Source of the DNA: Candidatus Woesearchaeota archaeon | Lineage (GTDB): Archaea > Nanobdellota > Nanobdellia > Woesearchaeales > JABGUJ01 | Assembly: GCA_018646625.1 (NCBI GenBank) | Contig: JABGUJ010000002.1 | Span: forward strand, 226,843 to 290,842 | Direction of reading: 5' to 3' | Length of the DNA: 64,000 nt | Shown here: piece after piece, positions 20,105 through 28,196 of the stretch | Position numbering within the stretch: position 1 is the stretch's first letter | Layout of the letters: every line of letters begins with the position of its first letter | The notes under the pieces: generated by a model | Databases searched by the model: none | The model's input: only the letters and a program-made list of their open reading frames with translations | Told to the model about the DNA's origin: nothing | Made by a program: the position numbers and the translations under genes

Positions 20105-20113
20105 TTTTTTCCC

Positions 20114-20129
20114 GGGACAGAATTGTCCC
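20114..20129. promoter_or_regulatory. Perfect-arm palindrome GGGACA-GAAT-TGTCCC
   Basis: About 30 bp upstream of the TTTAAA box of the 20221-21960 operon. Confidence 0.6.
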
Positions 20130-20220
20130 AAGATTGATTAACAGAACACAATTTTGCTTTTAAACATTGATTGCCTATTATGGTTTGGTGGTTGAAAAAA
20201 TACCATAGGAGGCAATTAAA

Positions 20221-20805
20221 ATGTCAAGTTTAGATGATTTATTAAAAATTCGAACAGAAAAGGGTATGCTTGAAACACATTCAAAATATGTAAGAGCGGC
20301 TCAAAGTATAGACGAAGCAGCAGTTGCAAAAAAGGTGAATGAAGCGACTGAAGGAAAGTCAAATCCTCAGCAATATCTCGCAGCACTTGCCAGAGAATTC
20401 TACGGAAATCTAGGGCAAGAAGTGTCAGGAGATGACCAAGAAGTTGTTGGTGCATTGATAAGAGACACAGGTGGCGCAGGTTCTGGTGTGTACAAACACG
20501 TGCTTGGACAAATAAGTGCAGGTAAGTTTAGAGAAGCCAAAGAAACAATTGGTGCACAAGCTGCAGTATCACAAGGACAACAACAAGCTTCAATTATTGC
20601 AGAAGAACTAAAGAGTCCTGATAAGATAAAAGGAACTGTTGCAGAACTTAGACAAATGAATCCTGGATGGTCAGGAGTTTCGGATGAAGCAATGATAGTG
20701 GACTTCGATCGTTATGCAGGAGCTGCAGCTAAAGCCGGTGAAGCTTATAGCGATGTTGGAACGCCTAAAACATATGGTGCAGAAATACAAAAGTATGCAG
20801 CATAA
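20221..20805 (+). CDS. Hypothetical Ala-rich helical protein
   Basis: GGAGG SD, 194 codons, no recognisable motif. Confidence 0.7.
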   Translation: MSSLDDLLKIRTEKGMLETHSKYVRAAQSIDEAAVAKKVNEATEGKSNPQQYLAALAREFYGNLGQEVSGDDQEVVGALIRDTGGAGSGVYKHVLGQISAGKFREAKETIGAQAAVSQGQQQASIIAEELKSPDKIKGTVAELRQMNPGWSGVSDEAMIVDFDRYAGAAAKAGEAYSDVGTPKTYGAEIQKYAA

Positions 20806-20823
20806 ATTTTTTATTTTATTAAA

Positions 20824-21960
20824 ATGGAACAAGGATATGATTTAAGGAGATCGGAAGAGTTTTCCTTAGATGATTCTCTGAGTTCTGTTCCTCTTGGAGG
20901 TGCAACTAGTTTAAATGATTACAGCGATAGAAAAGCAGCAGAAGTTGCAAGATATTCTGAAGCAGGAAAACTTGGTGCGCAATTAGATGCAGGACAAAAA
21001 GGTATGTTAGAGTATCGAGCAGCGGCAGCACGTTCTGCAGTTGATTCTAAAGGATCAATTGATTCTAGATTGAGAGAAGTTGTAGGATTGCAAACAGACA
21101 TGGATATTTTTTATGCAGGAATAGAAGCTAGATTGACTGAAGAAACATCTCCTAGATTTAGTTCTCTACAAGATGCGGAAGATCATGTTACTAAAACATA
21201 TTTAATGAGAGAGTCTGCAAAGTATGCAGGTAATAAATCAGAGATTGCAAGAAAAAATGGATTAGATCGAAAAACAGTAGAAAGAAATCTTGACAAATAT
21301 GATATAGATGCTAAATTATTTGATCCGGTTGCGATTAATAGAGCAGATGGCGATGAAAGAGATGCGCTACTCTATGCAAGAGATGAAGTGTTGAGAGAAG
21401 TTAGTGAAGCAGTAATGCCTTATGATAGTGAGAGTGTGAGAAAAGTTGTTAGTTCTGAGTTAGATGCATTGCGTGAAAGAAATCCTACATTGTATGACCA
21501 ACTTAAACCTAAAGTTGAAGGTAAACTAGATGAAATTACTGCAACAGTTAATCAAGACCCTTACTTTGCGGGACAAAGTCCAAACTCTATGTTTTTAGAA
21601 GCATTGTACAAACCTACACTGAAGGAAGCTCAGCAGTGGGTGAGAGGTAAAGTTACAGAGGACGCTCTCGAAAGAAACAACGGAAACTTTGGTAGAACTG
21701 CAGAAGAATTAGATGTTTCGGAAAAAACAGTTAGAAGAGTTGCAAAACAACACCAAACTACTTTAGCCGAGATGCAAGATGTTTATGCGATGTACGTTGT
21801 ACAAGGGAGACCTAGCGTAGAACAAGTAAGAAGTGATGAAGGATTTGTGCGAGATTTGCATGCAACAGTTAGAGCAGAAACGGTTGCGCCTTCATTTGTA
21901 GACATCAAACCAGCAGACGATGGTCGAACGTGGCAAGTCGTCAATAAAAGAGCCGCGTAA
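20824..21960 (+). CDS. Tandem Fis-type HTH protein, extended paralog of 12454-13104
   Basis: TKTYLMRESAKYAGNKSEIARKNGLDRKTVERNLDKYDI and EDALERNNGNFGRTAEELDVSEKTVRR. Confidence 0.7.
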   Translation: MEQGYDLRRSEEFSLDDSLSSVPLGGATSLNDYSDRKAAEVARYSEAGKLGAQLDAGQKGMLEYRAAAARSAVDSKGSIDSRLREVVGLQTDMDIFYAGIEARLTEETSPRFSSLQDAEDHVTKTYLMRESAKYAGNKSEIARKNGLDRKTVERNLDKYDIDAKLFDPVAINRADGDERDALLYARDEVLREVSEAVMPYDSESVRKVVSSELDALRERNPTLYDQLKPKVEGKLDEITATVNQDPYFAGQSPNSMFLEALYKPTLKEAQQWVRGKVTEDALERNNGNFGRTAEELDVSEKTVRRVAKQHQTTLAEMQDVYAMYVVQGRPSVEQVRSDEGFVRDLHATVRAETVAPSFVDIKPADDGRTWQVVNKRAA

Positions 21961-22077
21961 TTCTAGGACAAATTATCCCCAACATGTTATTGTAGTTCTT
22001 AATTTTCTTTTTAAGTATAGTTGTCTTAATGATTAATAGGTGGCAAGGAAGTCACACTAACTATTAAGGTGATAATT

Positions 22078-22521
22078 ATGGCAAGTTATGCAGGAGATAC
22101 ATATGGAAAGAGTGGTGATTCGAAGAATGATTATGTAGGACAAGTTATGAACGATTATGGAATTGGAAGGGAAGAGGCAGAAAGTATGGCATTAGGACTA
22201 ATGATGAGACGCCCGTACGAGAATCCCGTAGGTATGCCCGCCTCACATGGAATGATGATGGGAGGACCCATGAATTTTACTTCATTCCCTCAATATGGCA
22301 ATCAAATGGCGGGTCCCAGAATGCCTTCAATATATGGAGGACAAAGTCAACAAGGCGGAGGATTAACAGGAATGCTTCCTGAATTAATGGCAGCATATGG
22401 TGATCATTCGCTTAAAGCCACAGTAGATGTATATGCTCCAGGAAGTGAAGAGCCAACCGCATCTTTAGAAATAAAGTATACACCAAAGTCTGGAGAATCT
22501 AGCGACTCCTCGGCGAATTAA
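22078..22521 (+). CDS. Hypothetical Gly/Met/Pro-rich low-complexity protein
   Basis: AGGTGA SD before ATG 22078; GMMMGGPM, QQGGG segments. Confidence 0.6.
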   Translation: MASYAGDTYGKSGDSKNDYVGQVMNDYGIGREEAESMALGLMMRRPYENPVGMPASHGMMMGGPMNFTSFPQYGNQMAGPRMPSIYGGQSQQGGGLTGMLPELMAAYGDHSLKATVDVYAPGSEEPTASLEIKYTPKSGESSDSSAN

Positions 22522-23354
22522 TTAAAAACCAGAATACCCACATCACCTTTGAGCTCACCAGTTAGGACATTATCGTTATAGAGCTCTAAGTGATTTCTGG
22601 TTATTATTTTTATTTTATTAGACATTTTAAGAAGAGTGAAAATTCTATTAGGAGATGTTAACATCACGTCAGTGTAATGGATAGTGTTTTGTTCTGTTTT
22701 TGTGTTTTTTATAACATGAACTCCGGTCTCATCATCGTAAATAATCACCGTGCAAAGTTCTTCTTTTGTTTTCCTTGCAAGATCAGGGTTGTGTTTGGTC
22801 AATACATCTAAAATCTTTTGTGAGAGAGCGATAGATTCTTGGCAATTAAAAGAGTGAGGGAAGTGACTGATCAATCTGTAGTCAAAGAAATTTAAAGATA
22901 TGTTTAATCTCCAGTCAAGACTTTCTGAGTTTTTTAAAGTTAATAGAGTATAATCATCGTGCATTTTGGCGGCTTCTTCATAATGTTTAATGAAAAAATC
23001 AATGCAGCACGCAGGATAACCTAGAAGCTCTCCAAAAGTTTTGTGATCTAAAGCGACTTCCGCGTCTTTTGCTTTTATTGCATCGGTCTTTTGTTTAGAA
23101 ATGTATACAAAAAAACCTCCTTTCAGAGGAGAATTGGTAGGCATCATCATTGCCTTACCATCTTGTGTTTTTACGAACTTAAAGTCAGATGTTATTAATG
23201 CCAGATTATTGGTCCTGCAGAATGCAGTTAGTTTATCTAGTGTTTTGTCTTCAATCTCAATTCTACAAACAGGTTTTATATCTTCAAAAACCAGAAGCAT
23301 CTCTATTGCAAAGATTTTTCTTGGAAGTAGTTGCATTAGTTCATTAAGAATCAT
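22518..23354 (-). CDS. Hypothetical protein (DUF483-like GELLGYPxCC motif)
   Basis: FGELLGYPACCIDFF, LISHFPHSFNC. Confidence 0.6.
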   Translation of the reverse strand: MILNELMQLLPRKIFAIEMLLVFEDIKPVCRIEIEDKTLDKLTAFCRTNNLALITSDFKFVKTQDGKAMMMPTNSPLKGGFFVYISKQKTDAIKAKDAEVALDHKTFGELLGYPACCIDFFIKHYEEAAKMHDDYTLLTLKNSESLDWRLNISLNFFDYRLISHFPHSFNCQESIALSQKILDVLTKHNPDLARKTKEELCTVIIYDDETGVHVIKNTKTEQNTIHYTDVMLTSPNRIFTLLKMSNKIKIITRNHLELYNDNVLTGELKGDVGILVFN

Positions 23355-23359
23355 AATAA

Positions 23360-23893
23360 TTACCTACAATCATATACAAATATTCGTTCACCAGGGAAGT
23401 CGTAACTTTTCTTTAATTTGAAATGAAGAGGAAGATATAGTGCACTGTACACAATTAGCAATCCTTTAAACTCTGTACGAATTTTCTTACCAAGACCTTC
23501 TTTGAATGGTTTGTCCGGGTGAATAAACAGAACATCATACTTCGAAAGATCAATTTTTAAAAAATCATCACGTATGAAGTTGGCTCTTAATCTTAAATTC
23601 TTCATAAGATAAATACTTCTTTCATGGAGATCTTTATCATGCTCCACCCCGCTTGCTTTAGTGTAAAGTGAAGCCAGAAGTGTGATTCGTCCATCGCCAG
23701 AACCGAGATCAAGAAAACTTTTGAATTGTTTAAGATTTAAATCGTTGAAGACTTCATTAGTATCATCTAAATGCGAAGGACCAAAAACTCCTTTTTGCGT
23801 GTCAAATATAGGGAGCTTGCCTTTTCGTAAAAGTTCCTTGAATTCCTTTTCGTAAACTTCCTTTATTAAAGATGTGGACGTCATGATAAACAT
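23360..23893 (-). CDS. Class I SAM-dependent methyltransferase
   Basis: FLDLGSGDGR, GVEHD, DFLKIDLSKYDVLF. Confidence 0.8.
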   Translation of the reverse strand: MFIMTSTSLIKEVYEKEFKELLRKGKLPIFDTQKGVFGPSHLDDTNEVFNDLNLKQFKSFLDLGSGDGRITLLASLYTKASGVEHDKDLHERSIYLMKNLRLRANFIRDDFLKIDLSKYDVLFIHPDKPFKEGLGKKIRTEFKGLLIVYSALYLPLHFKLKKSYDFPGERIFVYDCR

Positions 23894-23905
23894 GATTCTT
23901 TATTT

Positions 23906-25843
23906 TTATTCTAGAGGTACTCCACTCCAGAACGGGGCGCCAAGATATTCTTGACTTGGAGCGTATCCTCCATAAACAAATTGAGGAGGTTGTGCTTGAC
24001 CAAAGTAAGACTCTCTAATAGTTGTCCAGGAGTTTCCTGCAGCAGATGCAGACGGGCCACCTGGTGCAAAACCAGTAACCGAACTACCAAAGTAAGCCCA
24101 TGCGTCTCCCAATTGTCTCATTTGCCCTCCAGGCGCAGCATAACCTTCAGAGATTAATGTTCCACTGTAACCTTTTTCTTTAAAGTATTCAGCAGCTTCT
24201 CTCACAGGATGAATACCGCCACCCACAGGCAGATTAGCATGTCCTCTTCCAAAACCGTCAGCTAAATGTAGATGACCAACAACACCGCTATCGGCCATTT
24301 CTTCTGCTACTTTCTTGTACCATTTGTTAAATCTTTTGTCAGTTTGTTCTTGAGATTCACCAGTATTTGATTTGAAATGTTTTCTCCACAAACCTAAATG
24401 TTCAGTATCAAAAGTTGCTTTGATGTGTTGAGAAGCTTCTCTTTTTGCTTGATCTGCAGACATACCCCACTCTGTTTGAAGAAGCTCCGTCATTCGAGTT
24501 CTAGATTTTTTTACTAATTCTATCATTTCGTTAGGATGGGCACCATATCCCATCTCAGGAAAAATATTTTCTGGAGCTACAAACATGTTATTATTGAGTT
24601 TTTTAGCTTTTGTCGTATTCATAGCATAGATTCCTAACCTTGCGAAAGAATCAGTACTCTTTTGCAAACCATATTCATCGATAGTGGTTACATCATCTAC
24701 GAGTTGCTTAAGTTTATGAGCATTCTTTCTTCCAGACAACGCAATCTCTCTAGCGTAGGCAATAGATTTCTCGTTCTCAGTGATTTCTTCTTCTAAATAT
24801 TTAACAGGATCTTTAATATCTGGAGGAACTAGATTTCCATAAGTTCTACCATCAGGAACCATTACTTGATGTCTCCAACGCTCATCTTCAGGCACATCCT
24901 CGTAAAGTTTCTTATAATTTGAGAGCGCATCAAGAAGCTTAGTTCTTCGATCCATAGATTTCTTATACATATTTTCATATTCTTGAGCTTGACCTAAAAC
25001 ATGTTCTGCTTCCGCAGTTTGTTGTAAACTAAAAAATTCTTTTGCAGCTTCACCAGTATTCTTAAAATCTTTTCTGAAATCGGAGAATGTTATTTTATCA
25101 ACCATCATATCTCCTCGATCGTTTCGCTTAATGTCGTAAACTTCCTCACCAAAAAAATCTTTTACTATCTCCCCATCAGGTCGCTTAACAGGTATTTTGT
25201 TCCCGTTAGCATCTTTTTTGTACAAAGGTCTCCAGATCTCTTCATCCTCTCGAACACTCTTTATCAAATTACCAGTCTTAGGATCAACTAAATGGTGTAC
25301 AGCCTTCTCTTCTTCATTAATGTGTAGTTCGAATTGTCCGTCCCATTTATCATACATAGAACGAGGAAATTCTCCCGTGTGTACGACAATCGCACCACCG
25401 TCAGAAATATCTGCTGAGAAGTCCATTGTTTTTTTAACTTCATTCATGGATTGTTCTCTTTGTGCTTCAGAGAAACCTTGTTGTCCTAAACCTGAAACGT
25501 TACCAATTTGTGATGGAGTGTGAACACTGATTAACTTAACACCAGATACTTGAGCAATTTCTTTTAATTCTTGTCGGTCCTGCATTGAAACAGCATCAGA
25601 GCCTACACCCGGTTCTCCTTGATAAATACCACCAGAAAGTTCTACTTGCGATGCACCTGCACGAATAGCAGCATGCAAATTCGCTTTAAAGCCACCTTTG
25701 TCTGCGATAGAAGTACCAATTTCGTCAGTTGCAAAAATGGGTTTTTCAATCTTGTGTTCACTAGGTAAAGGGGAGACAGTCCCAGTTCCAGAACTCATAG
25801 GAAAATAATCCCGGTCCATTGAATGTGCGTAATTAAATTGCAT
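23906..25843 (-). CDS. Xylose isomerase/AP endonuclease 2-like TIM-barrel protein with a large helical insert
   Basis: SVHTP, VVHTGE, APENIFP, TFDTEH, HLHLADGFG, ISEG metal-site pattern split by a coiled-coil insert. Confidence 0.7.
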   Translation of the reverse strand: MQFNYAHSMDRDYFPMSSGTGTVSPLPSEHKIEKPIFATDEIGTSIADKGGFKANLHAAIRAGASQVELSGGIYQGEPGVGSDAVSMQDRQELKEIAQVSGVKLISVHTPSQIGNVSGLGQQGFSEAQREQSMNEVKKTMDFSADISDGGAIVVHTGEFPRSMYDKWDGQFELHINEEEKAVHHLVDPKTGNLIKSVREDEEIWRPLYKKDANGNKIPVKRPDGEIVKDFFGEEVYDIKRNDRGDMMVDKITFSDFRKDFKNTGEAAKEFFSLQQTAEAEHVLGQAQEYENMYKKSMDRRTKLLDALSNYKKLYEDVPEDERWRHQVMVPDGRTYGNLVPPDIKDPVKYLEEEITENEKSIAYAREIALSGRKNAHKLKQLVDDVTTIDEYGLQKSTDSFARLGIYAMNTTKAKKLNNNMFVAPENIFPEMGYGAHPNEMIELVKKSRTRMTELLQTEWGMSADQAKREASQHIKATFDTEHLGLWRKHFKSNTGESQEQTDKRFNKWYKKVAEEMADSGVVGHLHLADGFGRGHANLPVGGGIHPVREAAEYFKEKGYSGTLISEGYAAPGGQMRQLGDAWAYFGSSVTGFAPGGPSASAAGNSWTTIRESYFGQAQPPQFVYGGYAPSQEYLGAPFWSGVPLE

Positions 25844-25844
25844 T

Positions 25845-26390
25845 TTAGTCTTCAGTCCATTTTCTTCGTTTATAGCCCATGGACTCCAAAGCTTTTCTTG
25901 ATTCTAATAAAGTGTCTACAACTTCACCTGCAACGTCCGTGCTATATTTTTGTGCAAGATAGGTCGCCGCAGCAATATTATCCTTCGCTTCATGGTAAAG
26001 TTCTTGATCCTCATCAGTCCAACTTTCTTTATAGGTAAGTTGATTGAGGGTTTCTTGTTGACTGGCCAACTCGTTGATTTCGCTGAAAGAGTGTTTATAT
26101 TGTGGACCGCCGTCTTGTTGTTGAGTTTTTTCTTGCGCAACTCTTTCCTCGAGATTTTCTCCTTCAACAGGTTTGTCGGAAGCTTTCTTCTTTTCAATCT
26201 TCAGTTCTGCTTCAGCTTCTTCTAAAATTTCTCGAATCTTTTTGTTTTCTTCTTGCCGTATTTCCGCTTCACTTTCTTGGGAAAGTCGTTTTGACTCAGC
26301 TTCTTCCTTTTTTCTTTTTTGCTCTAACTCTTTTAATCTCTTTAATCGCTCCTCAGGAGGGAGCTTTTTCAAATCTTCAAGTTCTCCCAT
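25845..26390 (-). CDS. Highly charged coiled-coil hypothetical protein
   Basis: E/K-rich N-terminus; separated by 1 bp and 6 bp from its neighbours, so probably in the same operon. Confidence 0.7.
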   Translation of the reverse strand: MGELEDLKKLPPEERLKRLKELEQKRKKEEAESKRLSQESEAEIRQEENKKIREILEEAEAELKIEKKKASDKPVEGENLEERVAQEKTQQQDGGPQYKHSFSEINELASQQETLNQLTYKESWTDEDQELYHEAKDNIAAATYLAQKYSTDVAGEVVDTLLESRKALESMGYKRRKWTED

Positions 26391-26396
26391 CGATAA

Positions 26397-27845
26397 TTAC
26401 CATTGAACCATACGGTGTGCCTTCTTGTAATTCTTATAAAGTACGTGAGTTAAAGACATGGAAACACCAGTTGCACTTTTTTTGCTCTTTCCATCTTTGA
26501 ATTTGTCCTGTTTGCTCGCTTTAGGTTTTGAATCTCCCGCCGGAACAAAGGCGTGAAAAATATCTCCAAATCCTTTGAATATAGATAGGAATGGATCAAG
26601 GCCTGATGGTGGTTTTGATGGTCCAACATCAGGAGGTCTGTCTACTTTTTCTCCAGCCTCTTCTAAATACTTCTTAAGTTCATCACCAAATTCATCAAGC
26701 ACAGATTTTAATGAATCGTCGATGGTACTCAACATCTCCAAGTCTTGTTCCTTTCTATACAAAACATAATTATTAACTTCTTCTTCAGTCCAAACATACG
26801 ATCTTATCTGCATGTTAAGTCTTCCAACATGTATCGGACCTTTAGCTTGATAGTTGTCTGGTTGATGATAACCCATGGATGGTGCAGCAATAAACTCGAA
26901 AGAGCACAAAACCGCAGGCATGAATTTTCCCATCTTAGGATTTAACGCTACAAACTCAAGTTCAATTAATGCGTTCTCAAAAGCGTTAACCAAATTAACA
27001 TCATCTTCCGAAGTTTTCCTCATGCTTAATGATCTTACGTTCCTCAGATATGGACGTACCCACGAAATGTACATCATAATAATATCATAATGTTGTCTTA
27101 AATATTTTAGTTGAAATCGTCGTCTGGCTTGTAATTCTTTGTGAGTCAGTTTTTTCCAGTTTAAGTATGCAGTAAGTTTTCTTTTTAGTACTTCTTTTAC
27201 CTTCTCATTAAATTTTAAAGCATTAACTCTAGAGGTTACTTGCTCAATTTTTGTAACGTGAGTCTGATAAAACAAATCAGGCAGAGTTGCAAAGCCCAGT
27301 TGTGTTGACATACCTAATACGGAACCAGGATTTTTACTTCCACCTTCAACTAAAGTTATCCAGTAATCTTTAAGTGTGATGTCGGCAGCCTCAAACTCTT
27401 TAGCGTTGCCTGAGTTTATCAGCGTATAATACATGAGTCTCTCATCAAGAACTCTCATTTCTCTTACAATCTGGAAAAGATCTTTCACCAATTTTCCAAT
27501 TGTGGCTAAGTATTGTTGAACTCTATCTTGTTGAATAGAAAGTCTTTGCTGTGCTTGTCCCCAAAATGAACTATTTTCTGATGCGGAGAACACATCTTTA
27601 ACTTTCTTAGCAATAGGAAAACCCAAATCAACTCGCAAATGATTAAGAACCCAAAAGTATGATTCTTCCATAGACATAGAATATGTTTGATAGGTTAAGC
27701 TGTATCTTCCAAGTGGTTGAGGATAGTCAGTTTCGTAAGGTTTTGCAAGTCTTGAGTGCCAGGCATCCATCTCATTCTTAAATCCATATTTATCTAAGAG
27801 TGCCTTACCAGCTTTCAGCTCATCACCGTACTTCAAATCTAACAT
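26397..27845 (-). CDS. Hypothetical protein (482 aa), first gene of a minus-strand operon
   Basis: GAGGT SD, long ORF with helical core; no recognised family. Confidence 0.75.
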   Translation of the reverse strand: MLDLKYGDELKAGKALLDKYGFKNEMDAWHSRLAKPYETDYPQPLGRYSLTYQTYSMSMEESYFWVLNHLRVDLGFPIAKKVKDVFSASENSSFWGQAQQRLSIQQDRVQQYLATIGKLVKDLFQIVREMRVLDERLMYYTLINSGNAKEFEAADITLKDYWITLVEGGSKNPGSVLGMSTQLGFATLPDLFYQTHVTKIEQVTSRVNALKFNEKVKEVLKRKLTAYLNWKKLTHKELQARRRFQLKYLRQHYDIIMMYISWVRPYLRNVRSLSMRKTSEDDVNLVNAFENALIELEFVALNPKMGKFMPAVLCSFEFIAAPSMGYHQPDNYQAKGPIHVGRLNMQIRSYVWTEEEVNNYVLYRKEQDLEMLSTIDDSLKSVLDEFGDELKKYLEEAGEKVDRPPDVGPSKPPSGLDPFLSIFKGFGDIFHAFVPAGDSKPKASKQDKFKDGKSKKSATGVSMSLTHVLYKNYKKAHRMVQW

Positions 27846-27925
27846 TGTTGACCTCTTTTATTATGCCTTTAACGTCCCTAAAGGCAATATAGGGAAATTC
27901 TTTTTAAATAGTTTTTGATGATTGA

Positions 27926-27941
27926 TGGACATTTCTGTCCT
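27926..27941. promoter_or_regulatory. Palindrome TGGACA-TTTC-TGTCCT
   Basis: Upstream of the TTTAAA box (~27903-27908) of the minus-strand operon starting at 27845. Confidence 0.55.
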
Positions 27942-27944
27942 TTA

Positions 27945-28196
27945 TCACTTTTGTAACACCACAACAAAGCCCACCTTATGAACCAATTTTGCTCTGGTTT
28001 TTTCAAGTAATTCATCAAAAGTTGCTTTTTTGGTTTTTGTATCAAAAGCACCGCTGAGGAATTTTATCTTAATCAGCTTTCTTTTGTTTAATTGTAACTT
28101 AATCTCAGCTAAAGCTGTATCAGTTAAACCATTTCTTCCAATTCTAACGACCGGATCTAAATGATGATAATTTGTAGTATTGAGTTTAGTTACCAT
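27945..28196 (-). CDS. yhbY: YhbY/CRM-domain RNA-binding protein
   Basis: HHLDPVVRIGRNGLT, KRKLIKIKF, KVGFVVVL. Confidence 0.85.
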   Translation of the reverse strand: MVTKLNTTNYHHLDPVVRIGRNGLTDTALAEIKLQLNKRKLIKIKFLSGAFDTKTKKATFDELLEKTRAKLVHKVGFVVVLQK

